From assembly GCA_019326865.1 (NCBI GenBank), contig GCA_019326865.1_4101.1: DNA of 64,000 nt; one strand, 5' to 3'. Below the pieces are notes generated by a model. The model was not told the origin of the DNA, made no database searches, and saw only the letters and a program-made list of their open reading frames with translations. The position numbers and the translations under genes are program-made. The stretch is from a phage. Shown here piece after piece: positions 1-11,700 of the stretch. How positions within the stretch are numbered: position 1 is the stretch's first letter; each line of letters starts with the position of its first letter.

Positions 1-461
1 TATCTATATGGTAAACTATTGACAAACTGAGTACCTTCACGTATACTTTCCCATAATGAGTAAAAATCTTTCATTAAGTTGGTGTTAAGTAAAGTGTTTT
101 TAGCACCTGGGTGTAATGGTTTAGGCCACGAACCAATTTTAACCCATGCGTAGCCAGAGCTTTCATGATTTAAAATTGGGATAAATTCATTTTCAACTAC
201 AATAACAAATGAATAATATTTGAATTTTCCATTTTTTGTACAAAATACATCAAATGGAATAATATCAATTATATCTGGTATTGAGTCACCCAACTCTTCT
301 TTAATTTCTCTCATCAAACCTTGCAATGGTGTTTCGTTATGTTCAAGCTTTCCACCAACAAATGCCCAGTTGTTAGAATAGGTACTTCTTTCAGAACGCA
401 AGTTTAACATCATATGTCCAGTACTTTTTGATAAAAAAATAGCACCAACCGCTTCATTCAT
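1..461 (-). CDS. Nudix (MutT-like) hydrolase, ~153 aa; stop codon at or just beyond window start
   Basis: Not in ORF track. Minus-strand translation from ATG (459-461) reads MNEAVGAIFLSKSTGHMMLNLRSERSTYSNNWAFVGGKLEHNETPLQGLMREIKEELGD...; canonical Nudix box GX5EX7REUXEEXGU (GGKLEHNETPLQGLMREIKEELG); AGGAGGTG RBS upstream. Confidence 0.75.
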   Translation of the reverse strand, partial: MNEAVGAIFLSKSTGHMMLNLRSERSTYSNNWAFVGGKLEHNETPLQGLMREIKEELGDSIPDIIDIIPFDVFCTKNGKFKYYSFVIVVENEFIPILNHESSGYAWVKIGSWPKPLHPGAKNTLLNTNLMKDFYSLWESIREGTQFVNSLPYR

Positions 462-473
462 AACAACACCTCC

Positions 474-1817
474 TTATTTGTCAGTGAAAGTTATTTTCCA
501 ATATCCTTGTCGATAAACAGACATAATACTTTTATGCCATTTAAATTTGTCATTATACCTATAATAACCATTATCTTCTTTATTATAAATGTAATTACGT
601 ACAGATGATGGGTCAATTAATTCAACACCATCGTTTGTAATTTTAAACATATAATTTGAAGGAATTTCGGTTTCTTTATAAATGATGTTATGTATACTAT
701 TATTTACATAATATTGTTCCGGTATGGCATCGAAAAGAACTGAACCTTTCTGTACAAAACCATGTATTGTATAATCAACAGTATAGTTACTATTATCAAG
801 CTGCACAATAATTTTGTTAGCATCTTCATTTTCACCATATGAAGATATATAACCTTTAAGTGGATTGTCTTCTTCGATTGACTGTTGGAATTTAATACCT
901 ACTTTTTTGTCATCAAAATTTGGTTCTAAATATTTAAGATACTTTTCCCATGAATATATACCACCATTAGGTGAAACATCAGATAATGACTGACTGACTA
1001 AAGTTAACTGATATGTATCTGGTAAATTATATAAAGAATTAGTAATTTCTTCAACTTTAATACATAAATTTTTGGGCGTAAAAACATCAGTAATAATATC
1101 AGAATAGTCACCCATTTCAATATCAAATTCGTCACGAGCACCTTTAATGTTAGTAGTAATTTGATGAATTAGTTTTGGCTTTTCAACAATAGCTGGTAAA
1201 GAAAACCAAATTGTTGTTTCAAATGTTAATACCATTATATCCAAATCTTGATCAGTGCCTTGTGGAAAACCACGCGTAGTGAACTGACAATCAACTAATT
1301 CAACATCACTAAGTGATGTCCAGTCTAATGGATTATCTGATAATTGAAGCTGTATGCTTGGTGCAAATAAAGTAGAAATTTGCTCGAATAATTCCATTTT
1401 TGTTTGAATTTGAGTTACCCAAATATTCAAATCAAATGTAAAAGTCCAAGGTACTGGGTTGTGTCTTACAATTTTATACTGTGTGTCAAGTTCCTTTTTA
1501 TATTCATTAATAGCAGGAGACTTGTTTGTCCCCATCACTAAAGTTTCATTTGCATTAGAACGTATACTCTTACGATCCAACTTGAGTTGGTTAACACTTA
1601 TTGTCATAATAGGTGCTGATGGCAAAACGTTTTCACTATTACCATTAATAATTGCTGCTGCCATTCTTGAAATATCAGCATAACGACATGGAACTTTTTT
1701 ATATTTTGGGTTTCCATCAGCATCAACACCATTTTGTACTTGAAATTCACCAAAAACTCTGATAAGATGTTTCAGTACTCTGCGAAATTGACCGTCATAA
1801 TAATAATCTATCTTCAT
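474..1817 (-). CDS. virion structural protein, probable baseplate/tail component (447 aa)
   Basis: Long ORF in AT-rich DNA; same strand and operon as gp6/gp7-like genes; ATGA start/stop overlap with upstream ORF (translational coupling); no diagnostic motif recognised. Confidence 0.45.
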   Translation of the reverse strand: MKIDYYYDGQFRRVLKHLIRVFGEFQVQNGVDADGNPKYKKVPCRYADISRMAAAIINGNSENVLPSAPIMTISVNQLKLDRKSIRSNANETLVMGTNKSPAINEYKKELDTQYKIVRHNPVPWTFTFDLNIWVTQIQTKMELFEQISTLFAPSIQLQLSDNPLDWTSLSDVELVDCQFTTRGFPQGTDQDLDIMVLTFETTIWFSLPAIVEKPKLIHQITTNIKGARDEFDIEMGDYSDIITDVFTPKNLCIKVEEITNSLYNLPDTYQLTLVSQSLSDVSPNGGIYSWEKYLKYLEPNFDDKKVGIKFQQSIEEDNPLKGYISSYGENEDANKIIVQLDNSNYTVDYTIHGFVQKGSVLFDAIPEQYYVNNSIHNIIYKETEIPSNYMFKITNDGVELIDPSSVRNYIYNKEDNGYYRYNDKFKWHKSIMSVYRQGYWKITFTDK

Positions 1818-3307
1818 TCTGTATCCTTATGTATACGATATGCAGTATTTGGTTTAACTGCGTCATGTAATGGGACTTTATTATCACTATTTACGAACTT
1901 AGTAAGTGCCAAGTCTGCACCTTCCCATGGTTTTCTACCACCATAATCAAAAATAACCCATGAATTCTTTGTTGCATTGAATTCCCATAACGTAACTGGT
2001 GTATAATCGGTGCGATAAAAATAATCCCCATCAACAGCATCAGTAGGGAACATATTTCCTTCTGGAACAGTTCCTCTAGCGGGTGGAATTTTCGGTCGAT
2101 AATCCTGTTGGGCATCAATATTTCCATATACACTATTTGATGAGAATGGTTCATTAACATAGGTTACTTTTGGCTCGCCCCATTTATCATCATTGTACTG
2201 AAAAATGTGTGGTTCTTTATAAAAAATACAAAAATCTTCAATATTTTGCGGTGGGATATCACTTGTAGTATATTCTACATCACAATTTAACCATTTTTTA
2301 GCACTTTTGTCGTACTGATACAACGTATACCCAGTCACATCTGCATCATTTTCTTTAAAGAAAAAATCCCCATCCATTGGTTTTTTTGGAAAAACTGTTC
2401 CACGCTTGACTTCCAGTGAAATCCATGTATCATTGTCATACTCTTTGAGAACTGGGTACGTTTTTTTCAAAAAATACATACCATTAGCAGGTTCTTCTGG
2501 AAAATCATAACCGTTGAGCATATATTTAGATAAATCCACAGTATCGCGGCGGTCATCATACAAATGCTCGTTTGTATAATGGATATAAGGTACTTCATCA
2601 TCAGCTTGCATAATAATACGGTTCATAATATCCATTTCATTACTATAATTACTGTTTTCGGACGTACCATCGGTTGTGTTTCCATTACCATTATTTGGAT
2701 CATTTGGGTTATCTGGGTAATTATTGTTCCCCAGTAAGTCAGAGTACTCAGGTGAGTCAGTTAGTGGTTTTACTCTAAGTTTGTAAATGTGGTGTTGCCA
2801 CGTTACAGAGTAACCTTCGGCTGTACGAAATGCATCTTGTACCACATAGAAGCGATTTAGACCAGAATCTTTACCAAGTACATCATAATCACGCAAATTT
2901 GGCAATTCTATTACATCACCAGGCATGATTTTCCTGCCTAATCGTTGCATCATGGTATTGTAATGAATTGTGATGTCCATTGTGTTAAAATTAAAGAACA
3001 ACCCTGGGATTTTCAAGTCAGGGGTTGCTTCTTGGACTTGATAAACACAACTAAGTGTGATTGCTTCAAGGTTATAGCTTCGATTTGGTGTGTCTCCAAA
3101 AATTAAATCACCAATACTTGACACAACCGTACCGGAAGATGTATAATCACCGCCATATGATAAGTCATTGCTATCCGCAACTTGTTTTGGACCAACATAA
3201 GCGTAAAGCCACATGTCCACTCCACCTATGTTGTATTGTTCAGCAATTGCAGAGTCAATGAACTTGTAATCATTTGTTCTACCTTTTTTCCACATTCTAT
3301 ATGTCAT
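1814..3307 (-). CDS. virion structural protein, probable baseplate/tail component (~497 aa)
   Basis: Track ORF begins at a TTG (3319); first ATG at 3305-3307 has GGAG RBS 6 nt upstream; repeated DGDFFFK/DGDYFYR motifs; function by synteny only. Confidence 0.45.
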   Translation of the reverse strand: MTYRMWKKGRTNDYKFIDSAIAEQYNIGGVDMWLYAYVGPKQVADSNDLSYGGDYTSSGTVVSSIGDLIFGDTPNRSYNLEAITLSCVYQVQEATPDLKIPGLFFNFNTMDITIHYNTMMQRLGRKIMPGDVIELPNLRDYDVLGKDSGLNRFYVVQDAFRTAEGYSVTWQHHIYKLRVKPLTDSPEYSDLLGNNNYPDNPNDPNNGNGNTTDGTSENSNYSNEMDIMNRIIMQADDEVPYIHYTNEHLYDDRRDTVDLSKYMLNGYDFPEEPANGMYFLKKTYPVLKEYDNDTWISLEVKRGTVFPKKPMDGDFFFKENDADVTGYTLYQYDKSAKKWLNCDVEYTTSDIPPQNIEDFCIFYKEPHIFQYNDDKWGEPKVTYVNEPFSSNSVYGNIDAQQDYRPKIPPARGTVPEGNMFPTDAVDGDYFYRTDYTPVTLWEFNATKNSWVIFDYGGRKPWEGADLALTKFVNSDNKVPLHDAVKPNTAYRIHKDTE

Positions 3308-3349
3308 ATTTGTCTCCAAAATAATTCGGGTATATCTTTATTTACCATG

Positions 3350-3377
3350 TAGACAAACCATAAGAATGTGATATAAT
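3350..3377 (+). promoter_or_regulatory. sigma70-type early promoter for ClpA-like gene
   Basis: TAGACA-N16-TATAAT with TGa extended -10. Confidence 0.5.
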
Positions 3378-3417
3378 GGTTATTAATTAGAGTGACGTGA
3401 ATCACATAGGAGAATAC

Positions 3418-5706
3418 ATGAATCTTACTCAATTGTTCAAAAAAAGCGACGAACTGGCAACATCTCTCGGTCATACATTCTTGACTATTGACCATGTAAG
3501 TGCTACAGTACTAACCATTGATAGCATCAAGAATGTGTTTGAAGATATGAATATTGATGCAGACAAATTACATAATCGCTTAATGGACTATCTTAAAAAT
3601 ACATCGATTCCACATGCTCCAAAAAGTACCCAAGATGAAGATGCCAATCGTACTTCACTACTAGTGAATCGTGTCGTACATGAGCTTTCAAAAAAATCTG
3701 TCATTGAACAACTAAAAACGGATGATTTTTCAATTGATGCATATTTTGTGTTATTTGAATGCTTGTCTTTCCCAAACACTGCACTCGAAGCTGCGTTGAA
3801 AGAAGAAGGTGTTAGTTGTACTGAGGCTGCTCGTGCACTACAGAAACATGTTGAGACACTTAATAAGGGTATCAACCTACAAAGCATTAATGATGAACCT
3901 ACTGGAGATAAAAAAGTGGCTCAACCACAACAATCATCTAAACAAAAAGGTTTGGAAGACTACACAACAAATCTAACCGCTCTTGCAAAAGAAGGAAAAT
4001 TAGATCCGATGATTGGTCGCCAAAAAGAACTGTGTGCACTGATTGAGACACTAGCTCGTAAAACTAAAAAGAATGCAATTCTTACTGGTGAAGCTGGTGT
4101 AGGTAAAACACAAATCATTGACGGACTAGCACAAGCCATCGCTGATGGTAATGTACCTGAACATCTGAAAAATGTTGAAATTCTTTCACTAAATGTTGGT
4201 GCATTGACTGCTGGTACAAAGTACCGTGGTGAGTTTGAAGAACGCATCGATAATTTACTAAAAGAACTAAAGAAACGTGAAAATACTATTGTTTTCATTG
4301 ATGAAATTCATATTATGGTTGGTGCAGGTTCTGCAAGTAATGGCTCGATGGATATGAGCAATATGTTAAAACCAGCACTGTCACGTGGTGAGATTCGTGT
4401 GATTGGTGCAACAACATACGAAGAATATCGCAAAAATATCGAGAAAGATAGTGCACTAACACGTCGTTTTATGAAAATTGACGTAGTTGAGCCGACAATT
4501 GATGAAACTCGTACAATTGTTAATGGGTTAAAGTCAACTTATGAAAAATTCCATAATGTTGAGTTTACCGCCGATGCCATGGATGCTGTAATTTCTCTCA
4601 GCGATAAGTTCCTGAAGAATAAACACTTCCCTGATAAAGCAATTGACCTAATGGATGCTGCTGCGGCTAAAGTTCGTTCACGTGACAATAATAGTAAGCT
4701 TATTACTGCAAGTTTGGTTCAAGAAGTGGTTGCTGGTATTGCAAACTTAGATATCAATGTGGTTGCATGTACCGAAAGTGAACGTATGCGTAATCTTCCA
4801 GATGCACTTCGTTCACGTGTATATGGTCAAGATGAGGCTATTCAAAAATTAGTTGATAACGTAATGGTTGCTCGTGCGGGTTTGCGTGATAAATCAAGTG
4901 TTCAGGGTGCATTTATGTTTGTTGGTCCATCTGGAACTGGTAAAACTGAAATCACCAAAGCATTAGCTGACGCAACTGGTTCTGAACTTATTCGTTTTGA
5001 TATGTCAGAGTTTTCACAAGAACATACAGTATCTAAACTTATCGGTTCACCTCCAGGGTATGTTGGTCATGATTCTGGTAACGGATTACTGCTAGATAAG
5101 ATTGAACAGTTCCCTAATGCAGTTCTGTTACTTGATGAAATCGAAAAAGCAGATCGCAAAGTACTACTAACCTTTCTACAGGTTCTGGATGAAGGTCGTT
5201 TGACTGGTTCACAAGGAAAAACTGTATATTTTAATAACGTAACTGTTATTATGACTACAAACCTTGGTGCAGCAGATTCAACTAAACGTAGTATTGGTAT
5301 GAGTGGCAGTGAAACTGCACAAGATAAAGCAATCAAAGCATTTTTACCACCTGAATTCATTAACCGTATTGATAGTATCGTTACGTTTAATGAACTAAGC
5401 CGTGAAGCAATTGATAGTATCATTGACAAATTTATTGGAAGCTTAAATGACCAAGTAAAAAGCCGTAATGTAAAAGTTACTCTCACAAAAGCAGCACGTG
5501 AATGGTTGGCACAAAATGGTGTTCAAGCTGGCATGGGGGCACGACCTATGAAGCGTACAATTGAACAAAACATTCGTGTTCCACTAGCGAAAGAAATGTT
5601 GTGTGGAACGCTAGTGAATGGTGGTAACATCACATTTGATGTTATTAATGGTAAAATTGGCATCAAGCCAAAACGCACCAGAACAGTTGAAAAATCACTA
5701 GCCTAA
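3418..5706 (+). CDS. ClpA-type AAA+ unfoldase (two nucleotide-binding domains, Clp N-domain, IGM ClpP-docking loop)
   Basis: Walker A GEAGVGKT and Walker B IVFIDEIH (NBD1); Walker A GPSGTGKT and Walker [10 protein letters not shown] (NBD2); no long ClpB-type middle domain; SIGM tripeptide loop at nt 5293-5301 in the position of the ClpA IGL loop; track start 3397 is GTG, ATG 3418 has GGAG RBS. Confidence 0.85.
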   Translation: MNLTQLFKKSDELATSLGHTFLTIDHVSATVLTIDSIKNVFEDMNIDADKLHNRLMDYLKNTSIPHAPKSTQDEDANRTSLLVNRVVHELSKKSVIEQLKTDDFSIDAYFVLFECLSFPNTALEAALKEEGVSCTEAARALQKHVETLNKGINLQSINDEPTGDKKVAQPQQSSKQKGLEDYTTNLTALAKEGKLDPMIGRQKELCALIETLARKTKKNAILTGEAGVGKTQIIDGLAQAIADGNVPEHLKNVEILSLNVGALTAGTKYRGEFEERIDNLLKELKKRENTIVFIDEIHIMVGAGSASNGSMDMSNMLKPALSRGEIRVIGATTYEEYRKNIEKDSALTRRFMKIDVVEPTIDETRTIVNGLKSTYEKFHNVEFTADAMDAVISLSDKFLKNKHFPDKAIDLMDAAAAKVRSRDNNSKLITASLVQEVVAGIANLDINVVACTESERMRNLPDALRSRVYGQDEAIQKLVDNVMVARAGLRDKSSVQGAFMFVGPSGTGKTEITKALADATGSELIRFDMSEFSQEHTVSKLIGSPPGYVGHDSGNGLLLDKIEQFPNAVLLLDEIEKADRKVLLTFLQVLDEGRLTGSQGKTVYFNNVTVIMTTNLGAADSTKRSIGMSGSETAQDKAIKAFLPPEFINRIDSIVTFNELSREAIDSIIDKFIGSLNDQVKSRNVKVTLTKAAREWLAQNGVQAGMGARPMKRTIEQNIRVPLAKEMLCGTLVNGGNITFDVINGKIGIKPKRTRTVEKSLA

Positions 5707-5715
5707 AAAGAAAAA

Positions 5716-5740
5716 GGAGAGCACAATGCTCTCCTTTTTT
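5716..5740. terminator. bidirectional rho-independent terminator
   Basis: GGAGAGC-acaat-GCTCTCC then T6; A-run on other side. Confidence 0.75.
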
Positions 5741-5741
5741 A

Positions 5742-8700
5742 TTATTTAACTAACAATATATTCTTAATATCACTCCCACTTATTCGTAGGCTATTGGTAT
5801 ACATTGAAAGGTCTATTGTGTAACCATTATGAGTATAATGTTTAAATTTATCATAACTACCCAAATTAATACCATTAAAAGAATATGTAGTATTAAGTTT
5901 AAAGTCATGCTCAGCACTATACATTACTCCACGGAGCAAATTATTTGCATTTCTGACTTCAACTTTTTCATACCCAATCGATATAATGTCATTCCTGTTA
6001 GCAGAAGAACCTAATAACACATTATTTCTAATATTATAAGGACTTACTGATATAGGTTGAGCAACATACGTTGTATTTTCTTCACTGATAGTTGTTATGT
6101 TAGTGATAGTACCACCGACAACACCAATATATATATTGTCAACCATTGGATATTCATAACCCCATATACCTTCATTATTTTTGAATGGTTTGATATCATT
6201 CGCATCATATTCAATTACGTTAATTTCTAAACAATCAGGCATTTTAGTTCTTACCAATTCACTAAGAACACCATCCCCAGTAATTGGTAGGTTATACCCG
6301 TTATCTATAGTAATTCCATCGTCATTAAATATTTCGTTCGATACAATCCAAACATCAATATCATCAGGTGTTACACCGTCATTATACTTACCACCATTTA
6401 AAGTAGTATCATAAAAAACGTCATAATTAATCACATCAATAGTGTAATTTCGGTTTTGTTCATATAATTTAATACCATCTTTGACAAATTCTGAGTCAGT
6501 AAATGTTCTAACACGAACAATGTTCAAGGCAAGAGGCTGTACTGGCTCATTTTGTTGTGCAAGTGTGATATTATCATAACGAAGAACAGCACCAGAAGTA
6601 TCAACTAATTCAATCGTTTCCTTACCAGTAGTTCTTACTGTGAAAAGGATAGGAGTTGTATTATGTTTGATATTAGATACACGCAATATGGTTTCCCATT
6701 TATGGTTTTGATATCTTATAAAGTCTTCACCATCAGGAGTGAAAATCATCACCTTATCACCATCAGATAAGTCATTGTCAACAATTTCCGCTTCAGTCAA
6801 GCTATTAATAGATCTCACACGATAAAAATATTTTTCATCAAACGGTGCTGATTTTTTATTAATATCATTTTCAACCTTAGCATATGAAGGAATACTAACA
6901 ATTGCTTCTGTGTGTTTATATGGATTTATAATTGCCATACCTTCAGTTTGATATCTACTATTATTACGTAATTGCACTAGTGACACGTTGTCAAACCCAT
7001 ACCCATCAACAGTAAATCTAATATGCCCAACATCACGACCAGATGGATTTATATCAGATATGTCAATAATATAAGGATCAACTTCGTCGTCTTTAACTTC
7101 CCATTTTATGGTAGAAGTTTGTGATTCTAATGCAAGGTTATCAAATGCATTCATATCATTAAAGTACTTAGCTTCAGAAATACTATCAAGTATAAATTGA
7201 TAGTCTGAATACATTGGGTTATTTGTATCTTGTGGTAAATCGTCAAGATTTATTTCCGCAAGTTCAACCATTTCACCATTTGTAATAAAATAATCTTCCA
7301 TGAAATCATCAATACTTCTGTTATCTGGTATACTTTGGTTTACACCGTTAACATTTAAATATACATATTTCCTTGGCATCATAGTAATAGCATAGATATC
7401 AATTGGTGTTTTTGAAAGAATTTCTTCCGCTTTTTCGTACTTGTCGGTAGCATCTTTGTCAAACAACCCTCTCATACCTGCTAATACATGAACTGCATCT
7501 GAATAGAAACGAGTATCTCCACCAACCTCATCATAACGATAAACGTATACACCATATTCAACTTCTAGTTTTACTTTAATATCATAGTCTGATGCATCAG
7601 GATGTTTATCTTTAATTAAAGAAATATATTTTTCATATAATTCTTTACTTATTTCAAAATACCCATAGTTATAATCATTACTAGAAGAAAAGCCTAATGG
7701 AAGTCTTGTGCTCGGATTATCATTATAAGTCAATCCACTGAACCCACAACCAACTTCATCATGAATTTTATCATCACTGATATCTTTATAAAGTTTCAAG
7801 CGGTTGGCTAATGTGTTATACTGTACATATTGTCTAAGGTCAGTAAACATTTCATTATGCGTTGATTCTTTATAAACTCGTTCCAAAGTAGCAGTAAATT
7901 TATCAGTGGCTTCTAAATCATCTGCATGATCTTTATACCATTGGTTCACACCATGTGCAGTTCCAAGTGTTACATCCAATTCTGGATAATAGATTTGCAT
8001 TAGATACGCATTAACAAGGTCAAACGATTTTTCATTATATTCTGGGAAAGAATATATATAACGTTGTAATTCATAGTTATTAACAGAATCTTTTTCATTT
8101 GTTTGATATTTTTTATTAACACTAACTAAATCATTAATGTTTGCCAAATCTTCGTTTGGTTTACATTGAATGTTATCATAATGCATAATAATATCAATTT
8201 CTTGGAATCTTCTATTTGGGGTAATAAAATCACTAGGTAATGCACCAACTTGTTCCCATTTTTTAGTAACTTCATTATATTGTGCGTACTCGTAATCCCA
8301 AATATCTTTTTCAGTTTTAATCCAAGAACCATCAACGAAAATATACCCATTAGGATCTAAATCGTTACAAAGACCTTTTATTAAATCATCATCAGATGTT
8401 TTTTGTTCTATTTGTGAACGAATTTTAGTTCTATAAGGTTTAACCTCTTCAAAGTACTCAACAATTTGATTAATCAAATTATCATTTGAGTAATTTTGAA
8501 CTAAAGATTGTTCCAACCCAACAATATAGATATAGGAAGTTTTAAATACCCAATCTACAACACTTTGTTCGACGTGAACATATTTTACCATATCAAACAC
8601 AATTTCGCTTTGATGTAAATCGAAAGAATGTTTAAGTAATGCTAGTGCTTTACGAACATTTATTTCACGATTACTAAGGGAACCATCATCATTGTAAACA

Positions 8701-11700
8701 CTATAGTCTGTATAAAGTATATCATTAAGTTCAATAGTACTATTTTGACGACCAATAGCTTTCCAATAAATTGAATCACGTGATTGAGATTTGATATACA
8801 ACGTCCAAATATTTTCACTATCTGTAACTCTGATGATATCACCGACTTGATAGTTTTTAGTATTTGCTTCTTCTAAACTTGTCTCTTGAATATAAGCTGT
8901 TTTACTATCATACCCAACGTCATACCAATCAGCATATGACCAGTAATGAGTCATATCTAATGATGTTCCAAGTGATTCAACATAATCACTTTGCTTAATC
9001 ATTTTATGTTGTCCCTCACCTTTATTTTCTAAAGTTATAGTAACAATATTTCCTGTATTGGCCGGGCTGTTCATTAACTGAATATATCCATTTTCATCAA
9101 AGTGAATGAAATAAACTGCACTGGTGGATAAAGGATTTGGTAGATAACCGCTGGAACTTAAAATAACAGCGTCATTTTCTTTAAATTTATCCTTTTCGAC
9201 TGCAATCACCAATTCATTATTATAAGACAATACACGGAAAGAAACCTCATTTGGGTTAACTTCTGTTGTTTTGACATTAAACACATCTTCCATAACAACA
9301 CTATTAGTGGTTATGTTTTGTGATCTATAATAATTATTAGCACTTTCTACAAAGTTTCTACGTGCTTCAATTACATTCTGGAACCAGGTTTTATTGGAGC
9401 CGATTCCATTATCAACATCTGGATATAATAAATTTATCACTGAACCTGACTTGGTAGTTTCTTGTCCTATTAGTGAGTTCCACATTGAATCCCAAATTAA
9501 TGGATTGAAGTTATAACTTTCTCCCTCTTTACACAGTTGGTACTGATCATGTTTAACAACTTCAGTGCTGTCCATATAGTAAGAAATAGTCAAAATACTG
9601 GTGTCATCATTGACTTTAAACTGCATATTACTAAGGATAAAAGAGTTTTCATTAATTGGTGCAAACCAAGGAATGTTTAACTGTGATGGATCTTTAATAA
9701 TACGTGCAATATCAGTACATGATTTAGTTCTGGTATGTAGTGGTGGTACATAAATTGTATCACGTACCCAGAAATAGTATTTTGTCACATAACTGTCAGT
9801 TGAGCTATCATATTCCAAAAATGTACTATAATTATCTTCAAGTGCAGTTCCGCTTGGAAGATACATATTATTATTTTTGTTTTTCTTAGCAACATCTTTA
9901 CAGTACTTATCCCAGTTATATGGTTCTACTGGTGAACATACCCACTCTAATACATCAATTGTGCTATGTGGCAACAAACGCCCCCAGTTGTATCGTTTGT
10001 ATTCATTAGTTGCGTCAATATCAACATTACCATCTGCGTCATAAATGGCACGAGTATAATCCAAATAAAATGCAGTGCTTGTGTTCCACCATACTTGACC
10101 TACTTTATCTGCACCCCAAGCTTGAACTAATTCGCCATTACTATTATATTGTGCAGGGTCAATTGGTGAAGTATATGTCACGTTTTGCATAGCTGCACCT
10201 GGAATAACACCATTAATTGGGTCAAAAACGTTTAGATATAATGCAGTAATATTTGTGCGTTCATCATACGTTGTTGGTCGTTCAAATAAAGTGCTCTGTG
10301 GTGCTTTAAAGCTATATTTTTTGTCAATATATTCTTGACGTTTATCAGCACTAGAAAAACGTGAAACATAACGATACAAACGTGGACGAGTAGCCGGATC
10401 AGTAAATTCAATATTAATTGAAGTATCAAATGGAACTACCATAACTTTAGAATCTTCACCAGCAGTATAATATTGACTTTCTACTGTTAATGTATCTGGC
10501 ATAAAGTTTGTTTCATCAACAAAATAATAATAATCACCATCTTCAAGTGGGATTTTATCAGTCAATGTTACTTTACAGAATTGTTCAGCGTAAATATCGG
10601 TATTTTCTATTGGTGTTATAGAAACCATTTGTACATTAGTGTCAACTAATTCAAAAATGTTCCACAAACCATTACCATCTTTAAACATCCAAACTGATTC
10701 TGGATTTTCACCTTTACCGTTAACATAAGAAATTCTGTCGTTATATGCAGTACTGAAATCTTTAGTAGTGTAAGATACTTCATCTAATGTCACTGGACCA
10801 ATGTCAGGAAGTTGGATATGTTCACTTCTCCCACTACGCATTGGAAATGAAAATTTTCCATTCGGGCGTGTAATCCAACGTGGGTCTTTACCTTGATCAC
10901 CAAAATATACAACATTATTACCATTGCCATTTGAAGTTGCGTTTTCATCAAATGACACCATTTGTGGTTGTTGTTTAAATTGGTCATTAATTAATTTAAA
11001 TTGGAGATTTTTCTTACCATCAATATTACCATATGTACCAATTTTAAATGCCCATTCTTGTAATGCTTTATACTCATCTGTGTCATATGATTTAGAAACA
11101 CGTAAAACACGTTCTAAAACTTGGTTAGTGCCTTTGTCATGAATAAATCCTTTATAAAAATCAACACGACTAACATCGCTACTAATCATACGTTGTAGAT
11201 AATCACGTGATTGGTAACCAATTAAATGACTAGATAATTCTTGTAATTGTACATCGCTTACAGGGTTTTCATTATCATAGTAATGTTGAAAATCAGTTAC
11301 TAATGTTTCAAATGAAGGAATTGTACCAGATTCTAATATAATAAAACCAGGTGCTTGTAATCTACCCGTCCATGAACCAGTAATATAACCGTACATTTTG
11401 ATTAGTTCCTGAATAGAACCATATGTTGGTTGATAGATGTAATCACCAAAAATAGTTTTATCATCAAATATAACCGCATGTTCATATGAACACAAACTTA
11501 AACGAAGTAATGCAATACGTTTATTAGAATCTAATGTTCTAACAGTGAAAATATTACCAATACGAGAAGTTTCGATTTCATATTGACGAATTCCTTGGTT
11601 ATTATCATCAAGTAATGACCATACTCCACCATTATTTTGTGCAATAGACTGAACTGAGCCAAAATCTGAACCAAATTTTGCATTTGTTGCACTTGGTGTA

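Noticed and set aside
1459-1946. Short plus-strand ORFs (1459-1683, 1734-1946) inside minus-strand structural genes
   Set aside because: Fully nested in long, better-supported ORFs on the opposite strand; no RBS; low-complexity translations
3397-3417. Track start codons at 3319, 3397, 26328, 26393 and 41325
   Set aside because: These are GTG or TTG codons with no RBS, several lying upstream of or inside the promoter; nearby downstream ATG/GTG codons with GGAG-type RBS were preferred
3418-5706. ClpB/Hsp104-type disaggregase assignment
   Set aside because: No long coiled-coil middle domain between the two AAA+ modules, and an IG(M) loop is present in NBD2, which favours the ClpA type
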